Below are positions 10,139 to 19,469 of a stretch of 64,000 nucleotides of DNA, one piece after another; the first letter of the stretch is position 1, and the number at the start of each line of letters is the position of its first letter. Both the position numbers and the translations under genes were made by a program. Location: positions 23 to 64,022 of IMG/VR virus record IMGVR_UViG_3300047557_003487; one strand, written 5' to 3'. This DNA comes from a virus (lineage: Duplodnaviria > Caudoviricetes). Under the pieces are notes generated by a model. The model was not told the DNA's origin. It did no database searches and saw only the letters and a list, made by a program, of their open reading frames with translations.

Positions 10139-10165
10139 GAGTTATTTGTTTTATATAAATAACTC
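10139..10165 (-). promoter_or_regulatory. hairpin containing the TATTTAT promoter motif upstream of the SOD fusion
   Basis: GAGTTATTT (10139-10147) / AAATAACTC (10157-10165) inverted repeat; ATAAATA at 10155-10161 reads TATTTAT on the minus strand. Confidence 0.5.
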
Positions 10166-10184
10166 GTTGTTCTTTTAATGTCTT

Positions 10185-10400
10185 TCATTTTTGGATTTTT
10201 TCATAGATATCACTGAAAGTTGGGAGGGCTAATGTGTTATGATGATATATTATTTTTCCGTCTTCTGAAAAACTTGTGATTGTGATTGTATCCCCTTCGG
10301 ACACGTTTGCTAGTAATTTGTTTGATATTCTGTCTGAAATAATTTTTATCTCATCACCGACTTTTAACTCAACATTTTGGTGATTGATTATTCTATCCAT
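10185..10400 (-). CDS. small hypothetical protein (SH3/KOW-like)
   Basis: 71 aa ORF filling the gap between same-strand genes; LKVGDEIKII start is typical of small beta barrels. Confidence 0.6.
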   Translation of the reverse strand: MDRIINHQNVELKVGDEIKIISDRISNKLLANVSEGDTITITSFSEDGKIIYHHNTLALPTFSDIYEKIQK

Positions 10401-10409
10401 TAAAAAATA

Positions 10410-12170
10410 TTATGGTCTCAGTTCATTAATTCTTTTTAGAATTTCTTCCGCAACATCACCTCCTCCGAGGTTGTCTCCCATAACTGTTGCGATTACTTGT
10501 TTTTTGTTATTTAAGATATCATAAATAACACCCTCGATAGTATTTTCAAAGATAGGATAATATACAAGTACGTTGTTTTTTTGACCAAATCTATATGCTC
10601 TGTCTTCGGCTTGTGAGTGGTCTGATGGTAAAAAAGACAAGTCGTTCATAATAACAGCTTCCGCAGCCGTTAGAGTTAAACCAACACCAGCGGCTTTTAT
10701 GTTACCAACAAAAACTTTGATTTTTTCGTTTTCTTGAAATTGGTCAACACTGAACTGTCTATCTTGTTTGGTCATTGACCCGTCAACCTTAACTGCGGAT
10801 TTACCAAAGTGTTCAACTATTTGGTTGAGTGAATCTGTAAAATTACAAAAAATGATTACTTTTTTTCCTTGTTCCAAAATGTTCTCAGCCAATTCTATGG
10901 TTTGAGATATTTTTTCATTTGCAATCACCTGTCTTACTTTTGTTAGTTTGGTGAATTGAACTGTTAGTGATTTAGATTCATCAGGGTTTTTATCATACCA
11001 ATTATAATATTCACCCATCAATTCTTCATAGTCTTTGGATTTCAACCTAAGATAAACAGGTGTGATTATTTTATCAGGTAAATCTAAAACATCTTCTTTT
11101 AATCTTCTCGTTATCGTGTTTGAAGTTCTTTCTCTTAATTCCTCCAAATTTGATGAACCCATTACATTCCAAACTTTTCTTGCACCAACTTTGAATTGAT
11201 ACCCACTACAATATCTAATAACATATGCCATCCAATTTTTTGCAACGGGAGAGTCAACGAGACTCAATAAGTTATAATAGTCAATTGGTCTCGAGGTCAT
11301 AGGTGTACCTGTTAATAACCAAAGTCTATCAACTCTTTTCACTATATCGTTGATTAGTTTAGTTCTTTGGGCTTGAGCATTTTTGATATAGTGTGCTTCA
11401 TCAACGACCACCAAATCAAAATTGGAAGCCAAAATTTGAGAATCATCTTTCTTCTTAGAGTCATGGAAATTTTTTAATATGTCGTAGTTTATTATAACAA
11501 AGTCGTGTTCAGTACTAAAATGTTTACCTTCAGCAATGTATATTGTCCTGTCTGAATAATTTTCAATTTCTCTTTTCCAATTTATCTTGAGTGTGGCGGG
11601 GCAAATGATTAATACCTTTTTAGCACCAGATTCTAAAGCGGCAATGATAGTAGATGTGGTTTTACCCAAACCCATGTCGTCTGCCAAAATATATTTTTTG
11701 TTTTCCACAAGTTTTTGGATTGCTTCTTTTTGGTGTGCCAGTGGAGGTCTTTTCGAATACTTTTCATAATTGATTACAACATCTTTAACGGTGTTGTCTT
11801 TTATAATAGAAGCTTTAGGTAACCAAAAATCATGAAACTGTTCTGTTTCCCAAACTCTACCCCAAATGTGATATGCTTTATCCTTTTCTGCCAATAACTT
11901 TTCTACCCAAACCCTTTGCGGAACTTCGGTGTATAATTTATCATCAGCAAGTTTTTGTGCGAAATATGCATCAAGAATCACCCACTTCTTTGCAACTTTT
12001 GGTTGTTTGTCGTGGTTGTTAATTATATATTCAGATTGATTTCTTGTTGGGTAAAACTTTTTGTTGACTTGAGACTTTCGTTTTAACTCCAATATATAAT
12101 TGTTCGCTCCTTCATAATTTTCAAGTAGCGAAATTGCTTTTGATTCTAATGATATTTCTGTTGAACTCAT
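10410..12170 (-). CDS. SNF2-family (SMARCAL1-like) helicase/ATPase
   Basis: LADDMGLGKT, VVDEAH, LTGTP, AAGVGLTL and QAEDRAYRFGQ. Confidence 0.93.
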   Translation of the reverse strand: MSSTEISLESKAISLLENYEGANNYILELKRKSQVNKKFYPTRNQSEYIINNHDKQPKVAKKWVILDAYFAQKLADDKLYTEVPQRVWVEKLLAEKDKAYHIWGRVWETEQFHDFWLPKASIIKDNTVKDVVINYEKYSKRPPLAHQKEAIQKLVENKKYILADDMGLGKTTSTIIAALESGAKKVLIICPATLKINWKREIENYSDRTIYIAEGKHFSTEHDFVIINYDILKNFHDSKKKDDSQILASNFDLVVVDEAHYIKNAQAQRTKLINDIVKRVDRLWLLTGTPMTSRPIDYYNLLSLVDSPVAKNWMAYVIRYCSGYQFKVGARKVWNVMGSSNLEELRERTSNTITRRLKEDVLDLPDKIITPVYLRLKSKDYEELMGEYYNWYDKNPDESKSLTVQFTKLTKVRQVIANEKISQTIELAENILEQGKKVIIFCNFTDSLNQIVEHFGKSAVKVDGSMTKQDRQFSVDQFQENEKIKVFVGNIKAAGVGLTLTAAEAVIMNDLSFLPSDHSQAEDRAYRFGQKNNVLVYYPIFENTIEGVIYDILNNKKQVIATVMGDNLGGGDVAEEILKRINELRP

Positions 12171-12562
12171 TTTACATCTACGTGTGTTCTGCCGTCAGAC
12201 CAATAATTTTCATCTCCATAGTAGATAAAAATTTCCTCCCCTTTCTTAATTGGTTTAGTTGAAAAGAATATGAATGTTTTGTTTTCAACATCGTTAGTCC
12301 AGTTCGCGTTTGGTGTGTTGGAGTGGTTGTAAAGTGACCCATAACCTAAAGCGACAACGAAGTTTTGCCAATCGTCTGTTCTTGGCCATTGGAATGCGTA
12401 ATCTACAAGTGTGTAGTTAATCTCTCCTCTTTTTGCTGGAAGAAACAAAACAGGACATACCTCGATTATCTCATCTTTATTTATGTCTTGAGTTGCAAAT
12501 ACACCCCAACCGTGTATTGGACTCTCTTTAAATTGTACCTTTTGTTGTGTTTTGTTTTCCAT
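12167..12562 (-). CDS. SET-domain protein-lysine methyltransferase
   Basis: SPIHGWGVFA, LYNHSNTPN and IKKGEEIFIYYG (SET motifs NHS and ELxxxY). Confidence 0.9.
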   Translation of the reverse strand: MENKTQQKVQFKESPIHGWGVFATQDINKDEIIEVCPVLFLPAKRGEINYTLVDYAFQWPRTDDWQNFVVALGYGSLYNHSNTPNANWTNDVENKTFIFFSTKPIKKGEEIFIYYGDENYWSDGRTHVDVK

Positions 12563-12620
12563 ATAGTTTAAAATATAATTATTAATTGGGTATTTATCAA
12601 TAAGAATAAATCAATTAAGG

Positions 12621-13136
12621 ATGGCAGAGAAATTAGTTCCTATAACAAGACTTGGTAAATTTTTTGGGGGTGAGGATTATGCCCTTGATATTGGTATGGG
12701 TGAAGAGTGGTTAATTGGTGATATGAACTTTACTGTTATTCTTTACAGGATTGATAGATATAAGACAAAAACTGATGATGTATATGGTGAAGTCTTGGAA
12801 GACGGAATTCAGTTTCTTGCCCCCGTTGAGTTGAAGGGATTAGTTCAGGTTATGGCTCCAACAAACAAAAACGTTGGTAGTTCAAAAATTGAACAACAAG
12901 AACCAGGTAATATGAAATTTAGTATCTATCAAAAAACGTTAGATGATATGGGTGTTGAGATATTCATGGGGGATTACTTAGGATATTATGAGAGTGAAGA
13001 TAGAGTGAGATATTATGTTGTAAGTGATGATGGATATGTAAAGTCAGATAATAAACACACTTATGGTGGCTACAAACCTTTTTACAGAACAGTTGTTGCT
13101 ACATGGGTAAGTGAAAATGAATTCAACGGAATATAA
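12621..13136 (+). CDS. head completion/neck protein (T4 gp14-like)
   Basis: DDVYGE motif and position directly before the tail terminator and sheath genes. Confidence 0.55.
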   Translation: MAEKLVPITRLGKFFGGEDYALDIGMGEEWLIGDMNFTVILYRIDRYKTKTDDVYGEVLEDGIQFLAPVELKGLVQVMAPTNKNVGSSKIEQQEPGNMKFSIYQKTLDDMGVEIFMGDYLGYYESEDRVRYYVVSDDGYVKSDNKHTYGGYKPFYRTVVATWVSENEFNGI

Positions 13137-13137
13137 T

Positions 13138-14439
13138 ATGCCTTTACCTAAACAAGTCATACCAACATTACCTTTAGTACCTAAGAAGACTTTGTCTGAA
13201 AGGAGAGAACAACTTCTCCAATATATAAAAAAGGATGGTACGTATCTTCCTAAGTCAGTCCTACATGCGGATTTGGATAGAGGGATGTTGGATTTTGTTA
13301 AAGGTGACTTACAAGTTGTGACGGGGGGTAAGATAGTTCCTATGATTGATATTATATTAACAACACAAAACTGGTCACAGTATGTTGAATCAGCAACTTT
13401 TGTTAACTTAGATTATAACGTAGAGCCTCCGTTTATTACAGTCGTTAGACAACCCGAGGTTAAGTATGGCACCAATCCATCTCTACAATATACAATACCA
13501 AATAGAAAACAATTTTATTACGCTTCAGTTCCTACATGGAATGGTAACGAACAAGGTATGGACATATACACAATACCTCAACCTGTACCTGTGGATATCA
13601 ACTACAGTGTTAAGATTGTGTGTAACAGAATGAGAGAACTCAATCAATTAAATAAAATTGTATTACAAAAGTTTTCATCAAGACAGGCATATACTTTTAT
13701 CAAAGGTCAGTATGTTCCAATCATAATGAACAATATCTCAGATGAGTCACAAATGACTATGGATGCTAGAAAGTATTATGTACAAAGTTATGACTTTACA
13801 ATGTTAGGATATCTTATTGATGAAGAAGAATTTCAAGTTAAGCCTGCAATCGCAAGAGTTGCACAAGTTGTTGAAGTTGATACATCCCTTATCAGAAAAA
13901 GAAGAGACAAGTTTCCTGAAAACCCGTCAGAATTTTTATCTAAGTTTTCATACTTAAATGGTAATACAACTTTGTCTGAAAGCATTGGATATCAAGCCAA
14001 TATGACTTTTATAGGTGCGGACAATGTAACTAATTATGAAGTTTTCATCAATGGTGATTACTACGGAGATAATGTAAACAAAATTCAAATATCAACTAAT
14101 GATTTGTTAACGGTAAACATTACAAAATCAGATATAACAAAAAACTCAGAAATTGAGTTTAATGTTGAATTGTATTCTTCAGAACCTATCAACGTCGGAA
14201 GAGTTAGCTATTCAACAAATTTATATACATTAGGTACAGTGAGTGGTTCTACTTTCAATATTTCCACTAACCTTGGTTTTGTGAAAGGAAATAAAATTAA
14301 AATTTCTCATGATTTGAGAAACTATCAATATTCTGAAGTTGTATCTTATGAACCTAACACTGGTTTGTTAGTTTTTTCTGGTGCTTCTGACGTAGTTTTT
14401 TCGGGTAGTGGAACTTATTCTGAGTGGAATATATTTTAA
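13138..14439 (+). CDS. tail terminator/sheath stabiliser (T4 gp15-like) with C-terminal extension
   Basis: PQPVPVDINYSVKI...ELNQL and FTMLGYL resemble gp15; lies upstream of the sheath gene; ATG 13138 chosen as start. Confidence 0.62.
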   Translation: MPLPKQVIPTLPLVPKKTLSERREQLLQYIKKDGTYLPKSVLHADLDRGMLDFVKGDLQVVTGGKIVPMIDIILTTQNWSQYVESATFVNLDYNVEPPFITVVRQPEVKYGTNPSLQYTIPNRKQFYYASVPTWNGNEQGMDIYTIPQPVPVDINYSVKIVCNRMRELNQLNKIVLQKFSSRQAYTFIKGQYVPIIMNNISDESQMTMDARKYYVQSYDFTMLGYLIDEEEFQVKPAIARVAQVVEVDTSLIRKRRDKFPENPSEFLSKFSYLNGNTTLSESIGYQANMTFIGADNVTNYEVFINGDYYGDNVNKIQISTNDLLTVNITKSDITKNSEIEFNVELYSSEPINVGRVSYSTNLYTLGTVSGSTFNISTNLGFVKGNKIKISHDLRNYQYSEVVSYEPNTGLLVFSGASDVVFSGSGTYSEWNIF

Positions 14440-14597
14440 TTTTCTCCGTAAACGTCTTTCTTTTCTTTACACTTTTCTTGTATCAAATTTTCTAGGAATT
14501 TGTAAATTTTGATTCCCCTCTTATCACAGTATTTTTTTAACATATCGTGGGATTCTGGTGATATCTTAATATTCTTTATTTCCTTCTTTGTTTTCAT
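14436..14597 (-). CDS. ribbon-helix-helix DNA-binding protein (53 aa, absent from ORF track)
   Basis: Manual translation MKTKKEIKNIKISPESHDMLKKYCDKRGIKIYKFLENLIQEKCKEKKDVYGEN: alternating beta strand, helix, G turn, helix. Confidence 0.7.
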   Translation of the reverse strand: MKTKKEIKNIKISPESHDMLKKYCDKRGIKIYKFLENLIQEKCKEKKDVYGEN

Positions 14598-14716
14598 AGG
14601 CAGAAAAAAGGCAGAATTAATTCTCCCTGTTTACAAATAGATATCTAAAAGTCAAGTTTTTTCATTCAGATATGAATATTTATCAATAAAATAAATCTGC
14701 AAAGAACAATTTTATA

Positions 14717-17700
14717 ATGGCAACACAAGTAAATCAAAAAGTATATGTATCACCTGGAGTTTATACCTCTGAGACAGATTTGTCCTTCGTGGCACAAAGT
14801 GTCGGTGTAACTACATTAGGTTTGGTTGGAGAGACAATCAAAGGTCCTGCATTCGAACCAATTTTCATCACGAACTATGACGAGTTTCAAGCCTACTTCG
14901 GTGGCACTGAACCAACAAAATTTGTGAACACACAAATCCCAAAGTATGAGGCGGCTTATATTGCTAAGTCTTACTTACAACAATCAAACCAATTATTCGT
15001 AACGAGAATTCTTGGATTGTCTGGATATGATGCGGGTCCTTCATGGAGCATCAAGGTAAAGGCAAACGTTGACCCAACAACTATTGGATTCAACCCTATT
15101 ACACCAACTCCTTGGTCGGTGAACTTTACTTTCAATTCATCTGCGAACACAATATCTTTCGGTAGTGTATTCCCTTATGAGATTCAAAGTAATTTAACAG
15201 AACAATATAGAATGTTCGATGGAAGTACTTCCAATATTCAAGCAGATATTATAGGATTTATTAATAACATCATCGCGAACAACGCGATTTCAGGTAACAC
15301 GGGTAACATTTATGGTACACTTCCTGAAGGTGATTTTTACGCATTTTTAGCAAAGTATCCTAATCTTAATAACGTATACCTTACAGATAGTATGAACATA
15401 GCTGGGAATGATTTAACAGCTTCTTCGAATGACGCTTGGTACTACGCAAACTTTGATAACTACAGTGGTGATAACTACTCGGGTTATTCAATGGATTATG
15501 GAGTAACTGCAATTGCTTCAGGTGCAAGTTCAACCTACACTGGTACTTTATCAGGTAATGTTTATACTTGGTCAGGTACTGCTTTCTCAGATTACAACAA
15601 CATGGTTGTTGCAACACTTCGTTCAAGAGGTATTTCATTATTTGAAAACAGTGCTTCAAGTAATGCACATGGTCCTATATATGAAGTTAATTCAGGAGGT
15701 ACGGTTTCAGGATTGAGTGCTCTTACAATGGTTTGTAGTGGTCAATATTCAGGTGTTACAAAAAACCCATATGAAACTTTCTTACTATCGGGTATCACAA
15801 AAGATAACGACACATTTAGTTTCGAAGTTTCTTTATCAGCGGCTTCATCTAAATTTATAACTAAAGTTTTAGGTTTCGACAACTTTGGTAAATCAAGACA
15901 AGAGGTTCCTATTTTCGTGGAGGAAGCATATCCTGCTTCTTTAGCTTACGCTTATAATCAAAGTTATATTCGTGGTTTAGATTGTGAATTGATTGGTTTA
16001 CCTGGGGCAAGAACTGAAGATTCAAGTTCAATCGCTTACAACCTTGAAAAATATCAATCACCTATGACTCCATTCTTGGTTTCAGAATTGAGAGGTAATA
16101 AGGTTTATAAGTTATTCAGATTTATTTCAATTTCTGATGGGGATGCGGCTAACGTAGAAGTTAAAGTTTCTATTGCGAACTTATCATTCAACAATATGAC
16201 GTTTGATGTCCTTGTTAGAAATTTCTTCGATTCAGATGCTAACCCAATAGTTATCGAGAAGTTTACAAACTGTAATATGGACCCAGCTTCTAACAACTTC
16301 GTTGCTAAGAAGATTGGTTCGTCTAACGGTGAATACGCTCTGATTTCAAAATATATTATGGTTGAGATGTCGGATGAAGCTCCAATCGATGCTTTACCAT
16401 GTGGATTCTACGGATATACACAAAGAGAATACGGTTCAGTATTGAATCCTTCTCCTGTACCTCAATTCAAAACAAAATATTATTTCCCTGGTGAAACAAT
16501 ATATAACCCTCCTTTTGGTACTCCATCAGGTGGTGATAATTCAGTGGAATCTGCTGGTGATGTTGTAAGAAGAAGTTACTTAGGATTTTCAACAGTGTTA
16601 GGTGTTGACGAATCATTATTAACGTACAAAGGTAAACAAAATCCAAATAATTGGATTGTATCTCCTGTTCCTGTTGATGGAGCTTCTTGGAATTACCTTT
16701 CGAAAGGATTCCATATGGACTCAGGTGCAACTGTTGTAACAATAGCAAATTCTTATCAAACGAGTGGTACTCCAGCTTTCGAGTGTGGAGTTGCTGATTT
16801 CAGATTTGACCCTGAAACTCAAGAAAACCCTTACTACTTTATTTACTCAAGAAAATACACAGTATGTTTCGCGGGTGGATTTGACGGATGGGATATCTAC
16901 AGAGAATATAGAACAAATGCTGATAGATTCCAACTTGGAGCATCAGGTTACTTGGCAGGAGCTGCGGCTTCTACAAGATACCCAACAGCAACAGGTGAAG
17001 GTTTGTTCAAGAGAATTGTTGTTGAAAACAACACACAAGATTTTGCGAACACTGACTACTACGCATACCTTTTAGGTATTCTATCGTTCAGAAATCCTGA
17101 AGCAACAAACATCAACGTATTTGCAACTTCAGCAATAGATTATGTAAATAACTCTAATCTTGTAGAGGAAGCAATCGATATGATTCAATTCCAAAGAGCT
17201 GACTCAGTTTACATCGCAACAACACCTGACTATCAGATGTTTACACCAGATGGAACTAACTCACTTGATATCATCTACCCACAAGAGGCTGTTGATAACT
17301 TGGATAACACAGGAATTGACTCCAACTATACCGCTACTTACTACCCATGGATTCTTGTAAGAGATACTGTTAACAATACACAAATCTACTTACCACCAAC
17401 AGGTGAAGTTTGTAGAAACTTGGCTCTAACAGATAACATTTCATTCCCATGGTTCGCATCAGCGGGTTACACAAGAGGTCTTGTTAACTCAATCAAAGCG
17501 AGAGTGAAGTTGACTCAAGAAGATAGAGATACACTTTATCAAGGTAGAATCAACCCAATCGCTACTTTTGCTGACGTAGGAACTGTAATTTGGGGTAACA
17601 AAACTTTACAAGTTGCAGACACAGCACTTAACAGATTGAACGTAAGAAGACTTTTACTTCAAGCTCGTAAATTGATTTCAGCTGTGGCGGTAAGATTGTT

Positions 17701-17941
17701 GTTCGAACAAAACGACCAAGTAGTAAGACAACAGTTCTTGGATAGTGTTAATCCAATCCTTGATTCAATCAGAAGAGATAGAGGTCTTTACGATTTCCGT
17801 GTGACTGTATCATCTTCTCCTGAAGATTTGGATAGAAACACTTTAACAGGAAAGATTTACTTAAAACCAACGAAGGCGTTAGAATTCATAGATATTGAAT
17901 TCTTCATCACACCAACAGGTGCTTCGTTTGAAAATATCTAA
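14717..17941 (+). CDS. contractile tail sheath protein
   Basis: YVSPGVYTSETD, GETIKGPAFEP, WFASAGYTRG, RINPI, WGNKTL, RLNVRRLL and KPTKALEFIDIEF. Confidence 0.96.
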   Translation: MATQVNQKVYVSPGVYTSETDLSFVAQSVGVTTLGLVGETIKGPAFEPIFITNYDEFQAYFGGTEPTKFVNTQIPKYEAAYIAKSYLQQSNQLFVTRILGLSGYDAGPSWSIKVKANVDPTTIGFNPITPTPWSVNFTFNSSANTISFGSVFPYEIQSNLTEQYRMFDGSTSNIQADIIGFINNIIANNAISGNTGNIYGTLPEGDFYAFLAKYPNLNNVYLTDSMNIAGNDLTASSNDAWYYANFDNYSGDNYSGYSMDYGVTAIASGASSTYTGTLSGNVYTWSGTAFSDYNNMVVATLRSRGISLFENSASSNAHGPIYEVNSGGTVSGLSALTMVCSGQYSGVTKNPYETFLLSGITKDNDTFSFEVSLSAASSKFITKVLGFDNFGKSRQEVPIFVEEAYPASLAYAYNQSYIRGLDCELIGLPGARTEDSSSIAYNLEKYQSPMTPFLVSELRGNKVYKLFRFISISDGDAANVEVKVSIANLSFNNMTFDVLVRNFFDSDANPIVIEKFTNCNMDPASNNFVAKKIGSSNGEYALISKYIMVEMSDEAPIDALPCGFYGYTQREYGSVLNPSPVPQFKTKYYFPGETIYNPPFGTPSGGDNSVESAGDVVRRSYLGFSTVLGVDESLLTYKGKQNPNNWIVSPVPVDGASWNYLSKGFHMDSGATVVTIANSYQTSGTPAFECGVADFRFDPETQENPYYFIYSRKYTVCFAGGFDGWDIYREYRTNADRFQLGASGYLAGAAASTRYPTATGEGLFKRIVVENNTQDFANTDYYAYLLGILSFRNPEATNINVFATSAIDYVNNSNLVEEAIDMIQFQRADSVYIATTPDYQMFTPDGTNSLDIIYPQEAVDNLDNTGIDSNYTATYYPWILVRDTVNNTQIYLPPTGEVCRNLALTDNISFPWFASAGYTRGLVNSIKARVKLTQEDRDTLYQGRINPIATFADVGTVIWGNKTLQVADTALNRLNVRRLLLQARKLISAVAVRLLFEQNDQVVRQQFLDSVNPILDSIRRDRGLYDFRVTVSSSPEDLDRNTLTGKIYLKPTKALEFIDIEFFITPTGASFENI

Positions 17942-17948
17942 TAAAAAC

Positions 17949-17974
17949 GGGGGGACCAAATCCCCCCATTTTTT
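17949..17974 (+). terminator. Rho-independent terminator after the sheath gene
   Basis: GGGGGGA-ccaaa-TCCCCCC followed by ATTTTTT. Confidence 0.75.
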
Positions 17975-17985
17975 AGCCTTATATA

Positions 17986-18816
17986 ATGAGAAAACAAATT
18001 TCAGAAGGGTTCAAAGATGAAAAAACCCCAGATTTAAAATATTACGCTTTTGACTGGGACGATAATATTGTGCACATGCCAACCAAAATCATTTTGAAAG
18101 ACGATAAAGGTGATGAGGTCGGAATGTCTACGGAGGACTTTGCTGAGTACAGACATAAAGTAGGTAAAGGTGATTTTGACTACGATGGTCACACAATTGT
18201 AGGTTATGCTGAAAACCCATTCAGAAACTTTAGAACAGAAGGAGACAAAGATTTTATAATCGATTCAATGAAAGCCAAGAAAGGACCAGCGTTTGATGAC
18301 TTTAGAGAAGCTATTAATAACGGTTCAATATTTGCAATCATAACAGCCCGAGGACATAATCCTGAAACTTTAAAACAGGCGGTCTACAATTACATCGTCA
18401 ATGACTTCGAAGGTATCTCAAAAGACGAGTTACTTAAAAATTTAAAAAAATACAGGTCTTTCTTAGGTGAAGATGAAATGTCTGATAAAGAATTAATCGA
18501 CACATACTTGGCGTTGAACAAATACCACCCCGTTTCTTTTGGAGACGAAGGAGGGGCCACAAACCCCGAAGAAGCAAAGGTCAAAGCAATGAATGATTTT
18601 GTGGATTACATAAAGGGGATGGCTGCAATACTTAATAAAAAAGCCTGGTTAAAAAACGATTTAGGACACAAATTCACACCTACTAAACCAATGATAGGCT
18701 TTTCAGATGATGACCCTAAAAACGTAGAAGTAATGAGAAAAGCATTTAAAGATAAACCAGATAATTTAGTTAAGACTTATTCTACTGCTGGAGGAATTAA
18801 GAAGGAAGTGCAATAA
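17986..18816 (+). CDS. HAD-superfamily phosphatase-like protein
   Basis: Motif I FDWDDNI, motif II ITARG, a conserved Lys (EEAK) and motif IV FSDDD. Confidence 0.72.
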   Translation: MRKQISEGFKDEKTPDLKYYAFDWDDNIVHMPTKIILKDDKGDEVGMSTEDFAEYRHKVGKGDFDYDGHTIVGYAENPFRNFRTEGDKDFIIDSMKAKKGPAFDDFREAINNGSIFAIITARGHNPETLKQAVYNYIVNDFEGISKDELLKNLKKYRSFLGEDEMSDKELIDTYLALNKYHPVSFGDEGGATNPEEAKVKAMNDFVDYIKGMAAILNKKAWLKNDLGHKFTPTKPMIGFSDDDPKNVEVMRKAFKDKPDNLVKTYSTAGGIKKEVQ

Positions 18817-18908
18817 AGGTACTTTTTTTAAAAATTGAAGTAAATAGAAAAATTTTATACTTACCTATATTTATATCATATAAACACTGAAAACAAAAAT
18901 TTAATAAT

Positions 18909-19397
18909 ATGGCTGATTTACTGATGAAAATGCCGATACCTTACGAACCGAAACGTCAGAATCGATTCATCTTAAGGTTTCCTTCAAGTTTGGGGATTAA
19001 TGAGTGGTTTGTAGAGACCGCGGCAAGACCTTCTATCAAAATCGCAGCAACTGAAATTCAGTTCTTGAATACATCAACTTTCGTTGCGGGTAGATTCAAT
19101 TGGGACCCAATCTCTGTGAAATTTAGAGACCCAATCGGTCCATCAGCAGCTCAAGCTCTAATGGAATGGGTTCGTCTACACGCTGAATCTGTAACAGGAC
19201 GTATGGGATATGCTGCGGGTTATAAAAAAGATATCGACCTCGAAATGCTTGACCCAACAGGTGTGGTTGTAGAAAAGTGGATTCTTTATGGAACATTCTT
19301 AACAGACGTTAACTTTGGTTCATTGAGTTACGCTACAGACGCACTTGCAGATATTACTTGTAGTTTGAGAATGGATAGATGTGTGTTAGTGTACTAA
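18909..19397 (+). CDS. tail tube protein (T4 gp19-like)
   Basis: EPKRQNRF, AGRFNWDPI, YKKDIDLEMLDPTG.VVEKW.LYG.F; follows the sheath gene. Confidence 0.9.
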   Translation: MADLLMKMPIPYEPKRQNRFILRFPSSLGINEWFVETAARPSIKIAATEIQFLNTSTFVAGRFNWDPISVKFRDPIGPSAAQALMEWVRLHAESVTGRMGYAAGYKKDIDLEMLDPTGVVVEKWILYGTFLTDVNFGSLSYATDALADITCSLRMDRCVLVY

Positions 19398-19430
19398 TAC
19401 TATATACAAAAACTTAAAACCTTTTATATT

Positions 19431-19467
19431 TAACCGTAAAGACATAAACTTTACGGTTATTTTTTTT
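19431..19467 (+). terminator. terminator-like hairpin between tube and chaperone genes
   Basis: TAACCGTAAAG-N7-CTTTACGGTTA (11-bp stem) followed by a T run ending just before ATG 19470. Confidence 0.7.
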
Positions 19468-19469
19468 AT

